Of a stretch of 64,000 nt of DNA, positions 1 through 12,699 are shown one piece after another; the first letter of the stretch is position 1; each line of letters opens with the position of its first letter. The position numbers and the translations under genes were made by a program. Where the stretch lies: NCBI GenBank assembly GCA_963514005.1, contig OY740783.1, forward strand, positions 56,172,001-56,236,000. Direction: 5' to 3'. Source of the stretch: Raja brachyura. Its lineage: Eukaryota. Under the pieces are notes generated by a model. It was not told where the DNA came from, made no database searches, and saw only the letters and a program-made list of their open reading frames with translations.

Positions 1-126
1 TCCAGAAATTTGTGTTTCTCACTTCGGTGGTTTAAAGGGCCTAATTCCATGCTGTAACTCCAAACCAAATTCTTTCAAATCTTGTTAAAGGAACAGCTTG
101 CTACAATATGATTTTTATATTAACAG

Positions 127-339
127 GGTCGTCGAGGTTTGGGTTCCATCTACGTGTGGGCATCTGGTAATGGTGGCCGAAGCAGAGATCACTGCTCCTG
201 CGACGGCTACACCAACAGCATCTACACCATTTCTATCAGTAGTACGGCGGAGAGTGGAAAGAAGCCTTGGTACTTGGAGGAATGCTCATCGACTCTCGCA
301 ACAACCTACAGCAGTGGAGAATCTTATGACAGGAAAATT
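127..339 (+). CDS. PCSK5: PCSK5 exon, subtilisin-like catalytic domain with oxyanion-hole Asn
   Basis: aacag|GGT acceptor and ATT|gtaagt donor; [39 protein letters not shown]...[17 protein letters not shown]. Confidence 0.97.
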
Positions 340-446
340 GTAAGTTAAAACTCTTCTTCTCATCAAAATAAAAACTGCTGGAGGGACTCAGCAGGTCAAA
401 CAGCAACTGTGCATGGAAATAGATGGATGGTGTTTTAGGTTGATGC

Positions 447-746
447 GGGCCGGTGGCACAGTGGTCGAGTTGCTGCTTTACAGTGCTGGAGACCCGGGTT
501 TAATCCTGACTACGGGTGCTGTCTGTACAGAGTTTGTACTATCTCCCTGTGACCACGTGGGTTTCCTCCAGGTGCTCCGGTTTCCCTCCTGTACACCAAC
601 GACCCGCAGGTTTGTAGGTTAATTGGCTTTGGTAAAAATTGTAAATTGGCCCTAGTGTGTGGGATAGTGTTAGTGTACTGAGATTTCTTGATGGCGCAGA
701 CTCAGTGGGCCAAAGGGCCTGTTTCCACCTGTATCTAAACTCAACT
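447..746 (+). mobile_element. tRNA-derived V-SINE (HE1-like), inserted in a Penelope terminal-repeat remnant
   Basis: A/B-box-like head (ggtggcacagtgg...gggtttaatcc), central tccggtttcctcc core, tail gggccaaagggcctgtttcc...ctgtatctaaac shared with CR1 3' ends. Confidence 0.85.
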
Positions 747-929
747 GCTGCAGACTGGTGTAGAGGGGAGATAGCTGGGTAGAAAGAAGAGCTAGTAAAT
801 AAACATTGAATTCCCTAATGGTATGTGCATTTAATTCCCCAAATTCAAAAAATGCCGAACCCATTCACATTCCTTCTGATCTACCCAGGTTGTCTCAAGC
901 ATATCTTTCTTTCCACTCTCCCCATGTCT

Positions 930-1370
930 TCTGTCGCTCAGTTCCTATCCCCTCCTCCACCTGCTCATTATAAATCCCTACCCCCTCCGGGTCTCTTATT
1001 TCTCTCCCCCCCCCCCCCATATTCACATCTACCCACCATCTCTCCCTCTGGTTCTACATTTTGCTCCTCGTCTTTCTTCCTTATCGGATCTCTTCATTTG
1101 CAGCCCTTTGTTTCCTCCAGCCATTGTGACAATTTCCATCCTTCCCCAGATTTATCTTTTTACCCAATTAACCCCTCCCTGACTGGAGCCACCTATTGCT
1201 TGCCAACTCTTGCCCTACCCCTTTACTCGCGTCTTTCTCCCTTCAAGTCTTGGATAAGCGTCCCGACCCAAAATATTGATTGTCCAATTGTCCTGTACAG
1301 ATGCTGCTAACCTGCCCTCCAACATTTGTTTTGGCCAAGATTCCAGCAGTTGCAGTTTCTTGTGTCTGCT
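930..1370 (+). mobile_element. Degenerate Penelope-like 3' region/terminal repeat
   Basis: Pyrimidine-rich tract followed by gtcccgacccaaaa...agatgctgc...tccagcagttgcagtttcttgtgtct, similar to the element end at 22463-22780. Confidence 0.6.
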
Positions 1371-2179
1371 TCTCATCACTATCTCCTATCCTCCATCCTT
1401 GCTCCTTTAATATTTCCTCAAATTGTATTTAGAGATTTGATGTTTCCTGTTTTTCCACAATAATATTGTTGTCAATCAGCTTCAAGTCTAGAGGAGGACA
1501 GAGTGGTTGGGATGAGTTTTAGCTTTCGACTCCTGACCCGCACAGTGAACAGATGTATACTCTGCCATTGGAAAATAAATCGTAGTTGATCTTGAAGTCC
1601 CACAAGGTTTGGGCACAAAGTGTGATTCTGCACTGCACCTTGGAACCTGCTGGGTAGTTCAACGTCAGATGGATCTGAAATTAAAAGTGAATTCTTAAAA
1701 AAATTATGCAGGTCAGGCAACATCTATCCAAAGAGATATGGAAAATGTTTCAAATACATTGCCAGAAGCAGTAAAATTGTCTATAAGCAAAAACATTATC
1801 TGCATCTCTTTTGCCAGATGTTGCCTGATTTCCTTATAGTTTTGAGCATTATTTCGTTCAGATGTCCAGCATCTGCATTGTTTTGATCTGAGACTGACCT
1901 GGCTGATAGTGAGATTGTCCCGGGCTTTTGATTAGGAACAGGCTGCAGAGGGTAATAATTACAGGATTGTAGAGCCTGGGACAGTAGTGGATTGGATCAA
2001 GGTGCAATAATGATGCATAGTTATGTTAAAAGTAATAATCTTTATTGAAATATTGATCAATTTCTTGGAAAATGCAGAAGCGCAATTTTTCTTTACTCCT
2101 CCCTTTGGTAGCTTTAACTACATGGGCAAGAAATGCGTATCCATATTGATCCAGTTGATCCATATTGCCCTCTTGACTC

Positions 2180-2330
2180 TCACGGAATGAGATCAAGGTT
2201 AAGGGAATCAAGGGATATGGGGAAAAAGCAGGAACGGGGTACTGATTTTGGATGATCAGCCATGATCATATTGAATGGTGATGCTGGCTCAAAGGTCTGA
2301 CTCCTGCACCTATTTTTTATGTTTCCATTA
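2180..2330 (+). mobile_element. CR1 LINE 3' tail fragment
   Basis: ggaatcaagggatatggggaaaaagcagg...gatcagccatgatcatattgaatgg...ctcctgcacctatttt. Confidence 0.8.
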
Positions 2331-3173
2331 TGTGAGAGGTTTAGATATTGAACATAGGGTTTCCATGTCTCGGGCATTCTCTTGAAATGTTCAAGAATTA
2401 AAGATTAATTTCCTGGATGGATGGTAAATTGCAACATTTAAACTTTGTTACTGCTTACCTTTTTTAAACGTTTTTATTGTTGCAGAAAATAAAGTAGAAG
2501 GTGCGAAAATAGTGGGTTTGATTGTGTGGTTTTGAAGGTCTGTTAACCCAGCTGACATTTCTGCGCTATGATGCAAGCGTTCCAGAAGCTCATTGTGAAG
2601 TCCTTAGTTTATTCATGCCCAGACTCCACTAACCCAATGTACACTAGCATGTGAAAGCTTGCAACCTTCGGGGGTTGTTCATTGCCAATAAATAGTCTTC
2701 AAAGAGTACAATTTTAAAGTGACTCCGAACATTTTTTTAAAAATAGTCTTTCACAGAACACTGAATCAAGCCTGCTTTGGACACCAGTATGCTACCAGAT
2801 TTCTTGGCTGGTGTGAATGAGAATTTTCTTGAGATGATCCCAGCAGGTTATTGTTAATGAACTTTGTCCACAAATGCTGGCTGATTTGCACATATATTGC
2901 CTGTGATTATTAGCACACATCTTTGTGGGAACTAGGCTTAGTTGTAGAGATGATAATTCAGCAAAATTCACTTGGATTGCCACCCTTTCTTCACACACTG
3001 CGAAGCCCCACAGCATGCACTTGTTGAAATGCTGTACTGTGTGAAATCTCATCTGTGAATTGTACCTACATTTAATCTTTCTTCATGGTCACATCAAACG
3101 GGTTTTCGAAGAGCTGTGCAGCAGCGGTGTCCAACATCTGCATTACTCTATAGATGAAGAAATCAAATTTAGT

Positions 3174-3196
3174 GGGGGGGGGGGGGGGGGGGGGGG
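3174..3196. repeat. Poly-G homopolymer (23 nt)
   Basis: Seen directly. Confidence 0.9.
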
Positions 3197-3499
3197 AGTG
3201 TTCAGTTTGTGAGCTTTGGTGAAGGCCAATGTTATAAAAGTCTTTGTAAATGTTTCAGCATAGTCTAAATCCTTCTATAATGCTTGTTCTTTGTAAACAA
3301 TTTCTTCAGAATGCTGCAAAGCAGCTACTGATACTTTTATTTTCTCCACAACTTGGTTTCTTTTCAACTTAATTTAAAGGTATTGAGTCCTAACTTTGCA
3401 GATAGTCTTTCCAGGTCCTTAGCAATAGATCTTCTCTGAATCTTGCACTTTAGGGTTACTCGATGGAAGAGCAATTGGAGGCAAAAGTTCTTAAGGGTA

Positions 3500-3770
3500 T
3501 CTTGTAACGTGCACTGAGGTACAGTGAAAAGTTTTTTTGATGTGTGTTATCCAGTCTGCAGAAAGACCATAGATGATTGTGATCAAGCCGCCCACAGTAT
3601 ATAGATACAGGATAAAGGGAATAGCATTTTGTGTGAGATAGTATGGAAAAATCCAATTAAACATAGTCCAAGGCTCACCAATGTGGTAGATGGTAGGTCA
3701 GGACCAGTCTCTAGTCGGTGAAAAGATGGTTCAGATGCCTGATAACAGCTGGAAAGAAACTATCCCCAGA
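3500..3770 (-). mobile_element. Rex/Babar-like LINE 3' end
   Basis: Similar to 13980-14260 (gaggtacagtgaaaag...tgataacagctggaaagaaact). Confidence 0.65.
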
Positions 3771-5304
3771 TAGATATTAACTTATTATCCCCTCCTTTGA
3801 GAGTTGTGCTGGTCAATTATAGCAACAAGCGCACTGCAGCTGCCAAGACCAGATTACTTGGCAATTAATCAGATGGAGGCTGGACCCAAGGCTTTCTGGT
3901 ATAGGTGGCTTAAATTTCTTTAGCTCTAACGTTGGGGTGAGGCGATTGGGTGCAGTTACATCAACCTCGACAAAATAATCCATTCTGCCACTGAGAGGCA
4001 TGCTATGGAATGAATGGGACAAAGGAAATGGATTTATAAATTTGAACTCTTGTGCACAGCAGGTCAGTTTACATCTGAACCAGATGCTCTAATGTTTAAT
4101 GATGGCTAAAGGCAGTGTTATGCTGTGCACCTCCAGCATTTCCAGTTTTTTTTTAAAGTCCTTTATATTCTTAGCAATCCTGAATTGCTACTTTAGTGCA
4201 ATTTTCTTTCTTGCTTTATATGTATTAAAATACTCTCACAAACTTATATTTTTATATGCAGTTCCCATTTAAGAACTATTACTGAAACTGTTTCCACCAC
4301 CCTTTCTGATAGTGCATCAGATCATAACACCTTGCCTCCTAAAGTAGTCTCCTTATCGTCCCTCTAGTTACTTAACCACTTATCATACATCTATTTTCTT
4401 TGGTTGCTATCTCCTGCAATTGATCCCTTCTATTTACATCAACAATTCATTGAAAAACCTGCTATTAAAATTTCCCATAATCACCTTTGGTTTAAAAAAG
4501 AACAAATTAAATGGTTCCATCCCTCCACATAACTGAAGTCCTGCATCCATTCTTAAATCTTGACATGATGATTCGTGCAGCTTCTTAGATGTTTCCCTCT
4601 TCCTCAAAGGGCAATGAAAGCAAAGTCCTTGTCTATTTATGAGACAGAGGTGATAGATTCTTCATTAGTAAGGGGTTACAATGTTACTGGAACAAGGTGT
4701 AAAAGTGGAATTGAAATTGCAGTCTGATCAATTATGATCTTATTGACTAGCTGAGCAAGCTGCAGATGCTGAGCAGCCCAACCCTGTTCCTGATTCACAT
4801 GTTCATATGGGCCCTAACAAGCTTCAGTACTGAATCCAGTCATGAAATAAATTGTTACTTCTGCCTTCAGCCGCTGTCGTTCATTTCAGCAATGCAGATT
4901 ATTAACTAGCTTCGTATTTAAAATATATACTTAAAAGAAAATGCCAGAATTTGTGTGCCGTGATGTTTTCCTTCTAATTATCAGTATGTTCTGGGGAGTA
5001 TTCAGCAACAAGCCATCAAATGATGCCAACTTACTAATACTTGGCATAGATTTGCACAGACCCAAAATACGGCAGATAGTGGAAATTTTAGAATAAAACT
5101 GAAAATGGTGGAAATATTTGGGTCGGGTTGTATGGAGAAGGACAAGGTGGGGGATGAATAATGTTTAGGACAATGGCCTAACTGTGAACTCTGACCCTGG
5201 AAAGCAGGCGTTATCTTGCAAGTGGCAACACAGCATGTCGTCTCTCTGTGTGTTAGTCCCAGAAAAGGATCTACTGTCATCCAATACAATCGCTCCATTC
5301 TTTT

Positions 5305-5712
5305 ACATAGAAACATAGAAATTAGGTGCAGGAGTAGGCCATTTGGCCCTTCGAGCCTGCACCGCCATTCAATATGATCATGGCTGATCATCCAACTCAG
5401 TATCCCGTATCTGCCTTCTCTCCATACCCTCTGATCCCCTTAGCCACAAGGGCCACATCTAACTCCCTCTTAAATATAGCCAATGAACTGGCCTCAACTA
5501 CCCTCTGTGACCGAGAGTTCCAGAGACCCACCACTCTCTGTGTGAAAAAATTCCTTCTCATCTCGGTCCTAAAGGATTTCGCTCTTATCCTTAAGCTGTG
5601 ACCCCTTGTCCTGGACCTCCCCAACATCGGGAACAATCTTCCTGCATCTAGCCTGTCCAACCCCTTAAGAATTTTGTACGTTTCTATGAGATCCCCTCTC
5701 AATCTCCTAAAT
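5305..5712 (-). mobile_element. CR1 LINE, 5'-truncated (catagaaa-tail family)
   Basis: ORF 5397-5702 RGDLIETYKILKGLD...RTRGHSLRI...FFTQRVVGLWNS is a CR1 ORF2 C-terminus. Confidence 0.92.
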
Positions 5713-6511
5713 CTCTTTTAAATCAGGATTGTATTTGAAAATCATATTAGTTTTTCTAGCTGTACTAACAATATTTTCTTAAAACTATAATCTGCTCTTT
5801 GATATTTTTCTCTGCTCTAGTTTTATTATCTGATTCAATTGGATAGCAAACAATTTGTCATGTATTTCAACACTAGTTGAGAATTTTCTTCTCTGAGTTT
5901 AATTGCTAAAATTATTCCACGCATTTCAGTTTTATAATTTTTCCCACCTCTTAAGAGGTTTCTCCCATCTCTTTGTGGTTTGGTTTTCAACTGTGTGTAA
6001 TGGCATTTCCTTTAAATAGTTTTTAAAGGAAAGAAAATTAATTAGCAATGCAGACAAAACCATCCAAACTTGCTTAGGTCCCAATTGGATCAGAATTGAT
6101 TCAAATTGCATCACATAGAATCAGGTGATAGAATACAGCACAGAAGCAGGTCCTTCAGTCCACTACATCCATATTGAATATCGAGAAGCTCTTTATATTA
6201 ATCCCATTTATCAACACTTGGTCTGCAGTTTTAGTGCCTTGCTAATTCATGTATTTGGCTGGATGCTACTTGAATGTTGTGCGAGTACCACACATTTTAA
6301 GACAATGTATTCCAGATTGCAGCCACACTCTTGAGTGGAAAGGGTTCTTCAACAGATCTTCTCTAAACCTCTTGCCCCTTATCCTAATACCTTGTCCTTT
6401 AGTTTTGGATATCACTAGCCAGAAAGGTTTCCTAACATCTATCTTATCTATGACGCTTTAAACGTCTATCTCGGGACACCCTTGGCCGCCTGTGCACCAT
6501 GAAAAACAATT

Positions 6512-6760
6512 TTCGCAGGAAATCTTTTCACCCAGTGAGTTGTGAATCTGGAATTCTCTGCCACAGAAGGCAATGGAGGCCAATTCACTGGATGTTTTCA
6601 AGAGAGATATAGCTCTTGGAGCTAACGGAATCAAGGGATATGGAGAGAAAGCAGAAACTGGGTACTGATTTAGGATGATCAGCCATGATCATATTGAATG
6701 GCGGTCCTGGCTTGAATGGCCGAATGGCCTACTTCAGCACCTATTTTCTTTGTTTATGTA
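6512..6760 (+). mobile_element. CR1 LINE 3' fragment ending ~50 nt before the catalytic-Ser exon
   Basis: Same 3' tail motifs as 5305-5712, opposite strand. Confidence 0.85.
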
Positions 6761-6811
6761 AACCCGGACTATCCAGCTTCTCAGGAGTGATGAATCTCTT
6801 TCTTGTTTCAG

Positions 6812-6912
6812 ATCACCACTGACCTCAGGCAGCGATGCACGGATAGCCACACAGGAACCTCTGCCTCAGCACCGATGGCTGCAGGAATCATAGCGCTGGC
6901 ACTGGAAGCAAA
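6812..6912 (+). CDS. PCSK5: PCSK5 exon with catalytic Ser (GTSAS, codon 6860-6862)
   Basis: tttcag|ATC ... AA|gtaagc; [33 protein letters not shown](N). Confidence 0.97.
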
Positions 6913-7390
6913 GTAAGCTCCAATGTGTTGGACAATGACCTACGATAAATACTCCCTCTGTGATCCTAATGAATACTGACGAGCTCAGCCCATTTGACTT
7001 AATTGGATACATTTTAAATACCTACATCTAAATCATTCTCACGAGATGGGTTGTGTCATGTCTAAAATATTTTTATAAGCTAGATTGTGAATGGTATTGG
7101 CTGATTGCGTAGATATCTTCATTTTGCATGGGTATATTAATTTTGGTCACCACTGTCCAAATATACAAAATGTTAGCTGAGGAAAAAGCCCAATAAGGAC
7201 ATGCCTGGCACAACTTTTAAGCTTTCATGTTAATGAAGGATACCCTTAGGAAGCTGGTGCATATGTTAATGAATCAATTTTGCTTTGGCAGTTTGGTTAT
7301 TTATAAAACAGGACCACTAGTAGTGAATTTGCTGGGCATCAGTCCAATCAGAAGGTAAACGGGGCCAAATTTTCTAAATAGACCCTATCG

Positions 7391-7542
7391 AAAATGCTGA
7401 AGAAACTCAGCGGGTGAGGCAGCATCTATGGAGAGAAGGTATTGGCGACGTTTCAGGTCGAGACCCTGAAGTCTCGACTCGAAACAGGCAATTTCCTCTT
7501 TCCATAAATGCTGCCTCACCCGCTGAGTTTCTCCAGCATTTT
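7391..7542. repeat. Fold-back mini-element made of two inverted Penelope terminal repeats
   Basis: Left arm aaaatgctgaagaaactcagcgggtgaggcagcatctatgga is nearly the reverse complement of right arm tccataaatgctgcctcacccgctgagtttctccagcatttt; broken hammerhead-like cores lie in the centre. Confidence 0.85.
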
Positions 7543-7638
7543 GTGTCTGCCCACCATATATTCAAAATGATAATTTATAGTTGAATGTTTTGTAGTGTGC
7601 AAGAGCCTGAAACTACTTGTTCTTGAACCAGGACATCA

Positions 7639-7922
7639 CATAGAAACATAGAAAATAGGTGCAGGAGTAGGCCATTTGGCCCTTCGAGCCTGCACCGCCA
7701 TTCAATATGATCATGGTTGATCATTCAACTCGGTATCCTGTACCTGCCTTCTCTCCATACCTGATCCCTCTAGCCACAAGGGCCACATCTAACACCCTCT
7801 TAATTATAGCCAATGAACTGGCCTTGACTACCTTCTGTGGCAGAGAATTCCAGAGACTCACCACTCTGTGTGAAAAATGTTTTCCTCATTTCGGTCCTAA
7901 AGGAATTCCCCCTTATCCTTAG
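7639..7922 (-). mobile_element. CR1 LINE 3' fragment (catagaaa-tail family)
   Basis: Near-identical to 5305-5595 and 45544-45830. Confidence 0.9.
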
Positions 7923-7924
7923 TC

Positions 7925-8225
7925 ATGGTTTTCAGACTCTTATAACTTCTCCCAATATTAGGAAAGATGAGAGTGTGGCCAGGGTAGTGTGGATCCCCAA
8001 ATACACTGTACATCTCTTTAGATCCCTTTGATGGTGGGGAGGGCAGTACCCATGGTGGACCGCGTAGTGTCCACAAATTGTAATCTCCTTCATTCCTGGG
8101 CATTTAAATTACTGAACCAGTCTGTGATGTAACCAGTCAATATGCCCTCTACCGCATACCTGTAGAAGTTCAAGAAAGTTTTTGTCAACATATCGAATCG
8201 CAATCTTCTAAGGAAGTAGAGGCTG
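7925..8225 (-). mobile_element. Rex/Babar-like LINE fragment
   Basis: Translation DPHYPGHTLIFPNIGRSYKSLKTMT resembles the Rex1 C-terminus at 32200-32472. Confidence 0.65.
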
Positions 8226-8448
8226 ACATTAGTTCTTGACATTTTTATTCCATCTGTGCATTTGACCTTGTTCGTAATGACTGTAAACTGTTGTAAACTT
8301 ATATTTTACAATGCAGCTGCTTCCATCTAAACACAGCTGGAAACCACAAACCCATCCACCCAACATACTATTTGGTGTTATTGAAGATTTGTTTTGCAGT
8401 CATAGTTCATCATGTTAACTTTTGCTAGCAAGAGCTATAATTTCCTTA

Positions 8449-8605
8449 TGGGCCTGTCCCACTTTCACGACCTAATTCACGACCTCTGCCGAGTTTGCTC
8501 TTGACTCACACTCGCAGCATGGTCGTAGGTAGGTCGTAGCAGGCCATGATGCTAGTCGTAGGTACTCGTGCCATCAAGTAGTTCGGGATGTTTTTTCTAG
8601 CCTGA
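8449..8605. mobile_element. Partial Harbinger-like MITE (one TIR)
   Basis: tta|tgggcctgtcccact; the interior is similar to the reverse complement of 36520-36600. Confidence 0.75.
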
Positions 8606-9664
8606 ATGCTTACTGGCGTCATTCACTGGAGGGTTTGTGTTCCTATTTTCCTAGCTAAAAAAAATGAAATGTGAATCGCAACAAATGGATGTTTTAAGTT
8701 ATTTTGGTTAAATGATTATGAGTACGTGGTTTAGCTTTTTTTCTACCCAACCCTTTATTTCCCGAACTGTGTTGTAACTTGTACTTTGGAATGCATTAGT
8801 AATTGTGCCTTTACATTTGTGAAAGTAATGTAGAATATCATGTATGCACAGCTCATCATGTTATGATTAATGATATCAGCCTATCCTGGCAGCATTCAAA
8901 TACTTTTTTAAGTAAGAAAGGCAGGTGTAAAACAAAAATCCACATATACTTGGCATGCGGGCATTATTAAATAGTGGCTGATTGGAGATTGCAGATATTG
9001 TTCAGTGACTTGAAGTGCATGATTGAAACAATGAGGCCTTCTTTCTAGAGTTGCTTTCTCCAATTTTATGCAGCACTTGAATTATTTGTTTTTAAAAATT
9101 TGTGTTTTGATACATTTCAAAATAAATTCTGTTAATTCTCAATTAATATTTGATTGATTGTACCCATTAGGGTTGCTACTTTTCATTGGGTATCTGATTA
9201 TTTTGTCAGTCCTAATGTATCAAAGGCTCATAGGTATTTGGTAATGCTGCCTGGATTAGAGGGTACTAGCTGCAAGGTGAGGTTAGACAAACATGGATAG
9301 TCAATAAATGCTGCAGAAACTTAGCAGGTCGGGCAGCATCTCACAAACTTGGATTGTTTTCTCTAGAGCATTGGATCCTGAGGGAAGACATGACGGAAGT
9401 GTATAAAATGATGAGGGGGCATAGATAGGGTAGATAGTCGGATCCATTTCCCAATGCAACCTACTGAGTTTTTGGCGAATATAGGTGTATTACCTCATGT
9501 CCATCTGCTTGTGTTTTAAAATCTGTTGATTCTATCTATCCCAACTGCCCACACAAATTCATGTGGTGTAGCCCAATTCATGACCTGTCGATGGAACATT
9601 TCCTTATTCGGTTTCTCAGCATTTTAAACATTTTCCAGTAAATTCAACAAATTATGTCAAATTC

Positions 9665-10577
9665 TAACAATTACAGCACGGAAACAGGCCTTCTAGGCCC
9701 TTCCAGTCCGTGCTGACCATTTATTTTCCCCTAGTCCCATCTACCTGCACTCAGACCATACCCCTCCATTCCCTTCCCGTCCATATACCTATCCACTTTA
9801 CTTTTAAATGGTAAAATCGATCCTGCCTCCACCACTTCTGCTGGAAGATCATTCCACACAGCCACCACTCTCTGAGTAAAGAAGTTCCCCCTCATGTTAC
9901 CCCTAAACTTCTGTCCCTTAATTCTCAAGTCATGCCCTCTTGTTTGAATCTTCCCTACCTTCAATGGGAAAAGCTTATCCAGGTCAACTCTGTCTATCCC
10001 TTTCATCATTTTAAAGACCTCAATCAAGTTTCCCCCCCCCCCCCCCTTAACCTTCTGCGCTCCAAAGAATAAAGACCTAACTTGTTCAACCTTTCTCTGT
10101 AACTTAGTTGATGGAACCCAGGCAACATTCTAGTAAATCTCCTCTGTACTCTCTCTATTTTGTTGACATCCTTCCTATAATTAGGCGACCAAAATTGCAC
10201 ACCATACTCCAGAATTGGTCTCACCAATGCCTTGTACAATTTTAACATTACTTCCCTACTCCTATATTCAATGCTCTGATTTATAAAGGCCAGCACACCA
10301 AAAGCTTTCTTCACCACCCTATCTACATGCGATTCCACCTTCAGGGAACTATGCACAGTTATTCCTAGATCCCTCTGTTCCACAGCATTCCTCAATTCCC
10401 TACCATTTACCATGTATGTCCTATTTTGATTTGTCCTGCCAAGATGAAGCACCTCACACTTATCAGCATTAAACTCCATCTGCCATCTTTCAGCCCACTC
10501 TTCCAAATGTCCCAAATCTCTCTGTAGACTTTGAAAATCTACTTCATTATCCACAGCACCACCTATCTTAGTATCAA
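9665..10577 (-). mobile_element. Young 5'-truncated CR1 LINE (ORF2 RT C-terminal half)
   Basis: ORFs 10024-10554 and 9731-10027 (WQMEFNADKCEVLHLG, LYKALVRPILEYGVQFWSP); near-identical to 18469-19385. Confidence 0.95.
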
Positions 10578-11568
10578 CCTGTCAATCATGCACAATTCAA
10601 CTTCTAAGGTACTTCATCATGCTCTCTCTTTATTTGTTAACCCCTTCATCTTAATATATTAATAAATTGGAAATAGACTATTCATTGTCTCATCAGAACT
10701 TGACATGATTCCCAATTAGTTTGGTTTGAGGTAAACATGTTTAATTGTCATACAATAGCTTGTTGACAATGTCTACTCCTACAGTTTATGATTATTTCAG
10801 TAAACCAAGGCCAATGCCTAATGAGAATTTATACTTTTATGAAAAGTGATATTGCTCCCGAATAAAATAATACACGCTCAAATTATAGACCAATAATATG
10901 GTCTATTCAAATTAAACAGGTGAGGAAAACTCCACAGCCAATTTTGTTCCTAAGTCTTTGGCGATCTTTGTATTGTGTGCTTTAATTGTGAAAGATTTAA
11001 TGGATTACACCCTCAACAGAAAGGAAAAGTGTTAACCAAGCTGCTGGAGCATTTTATTTTTGTTGCTCAGTAAAAGGAGTGGTTATTGTCATCAAGATAA
11101 CTGTGACAGCTTTCCATTAAATGGGTGGGCTTACTTCAAAAAATGCTTCACAAAAGTGGTTTTATTCATCAATAACCAGCCGAACAGTGTTTTTTTAAGT
11201 CAATAAGCAGCATAAAAGAGATTTTTTTTAATCAATAAGCAGCTCAATCTATTTTAAGATGAATTTAACTGGCAACGAATATAGCTAACTGATTATAACA
11301 AAGGCCCCAGTAGGGCAATTGTGAGCTTTCCTTCTCAATTGAATTTAAAGCATCAGTTTAGTTAAGATTATAAGTAATTGGAGCAACAGGGGTTTAATTA
11401 TTCGTGTCTCTGAAATTGTTCTTGAATGCTGCCTTTTAAGTGAAGAAAGTAGGTTGTGTAATAGACCTGAATTTGTGAAAGTATTGAGGACTACATTTTG
11501 ATTTGTTGTTTTGAGGTCAGACTGACTATTCAAGGTGTGTTTAAAACTGGAATAATCTTTTTTTTCAG

Positions 11569-11672
11569 CTCCAACCTAAATTGGAGAGATGTGCAACACA
11601 TTATTGTCAAAACATCACGCTCCGGCCATCTGAATGCTCCAGATTGGAAGACCAATGGTGCAGGGTACAGAG
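11569..11672 (+). CDS. PCSK5: PCSK5 exon, end of catalytic domain
   Basis: ttttcag|C ... AGAG|gtacat; SNLNWRDVQHIIVKTSRSGHLNAPDWKTNGAGYR. Confidence 0.96.
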
Positions 11673-12699
11673 GTACATAGCATGTGTATTTTTTCCAACT
11701 GTTTAAGAACTTCATACAATTAAAGTAAAATGGCCCATTTTAGCAAAATGAATTGATTCCTTTGCCCATGCAAAGTTTCAAATTATACTATTGTTCATCT
11801 TGAACTGCCATGCAGGGATACCTCTTTAGTTACAAGAATAAGCTTCCATTTGTGGCTTGAGATTACATAAAATGCACTGCTCTTATTGCTGTCACATTAA
11901 ATTAGATCAGTAGCAATTGAAATATGGGTCCCTTTATTTCCTTTGCAAAACAAATACTTTGTTACATGGAAATGATACATATTTCGCCTTCGAATAGCTT
12001 CCTACATTCCATTATAGTGAACACATTGTACTAGTGGCAGCTGCAAATTACACAATTGGCCTGATTCGGCTGCATGGGATTTGGAATTTTCTCGACAAAG
12101 TAGAAATCATGCTCAAATTGTTGGAGGGACCATGAACTTCGGTCAGCAGTTATTATAAATTTGAGCAGTGTGGCAGTGGTATAGTTTGGACAACATAACC
12201 TCGTATTGTGAACAAGACATGGCCCATGTTTATATTGACCAGGTTTGTTTGTTGAGTAAAGGAATGTATTTATAGCTGTTGGTCCCATTGACGTCAAGCA
12301 TTCCCAAACCATGTCCAAGGTAGAATGTGCCAAGATCATACCTCAATATAAGAACACTATTCTTACCTGCCTTGGTGGTCTTCCTGGTTGAAACTCGTGC
12401 CATGATTCAGTGATTCATAGTTGAATTTACTCTTGAGAGTTCATTGCTGTTGGTTCAAATTAGTTTTGGGATCCATGCATGCCAATGGCTGCTAACCAAT
12501 TGCAGCACTTTCCATTTTCTAATTCAAATTATTGTCAGTGGTGAAAACTAATTATTCTGTTGACCAAATTAAAATGCAATCTTCTACGCCTTCCAGAAGT
12601 TTGAATTTACAGTCCTGAGTGCAAAACTGATGTCAAAAAACTACATGGACTGTTATTTCTGACCTGTGCTCACAGCATAAAAGATAGCAAGGCCCCATA

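Noticed and set aside
447-520. tRNA-like A/B box sequences (also at 13791 and 39661)
   Set aside because: These are SINE heads continuing into the V-SINE core; no complete cloverleaf
825-1310. 161-aa Pro/Ser/Leu-rich ORF and the many other 60-130 aa ORFs in the track
   Set aside because: Translations of low-complexity or repeat-derived intronic sequence, or antisense shadows of exons and LINE ORFs; no independent gene supported
3174-3196. Poly-G run as a functional G-quadruplex
   Set aside because: Isolated homopolymer of uncertain length with no supporting context; may be an assembly artefact
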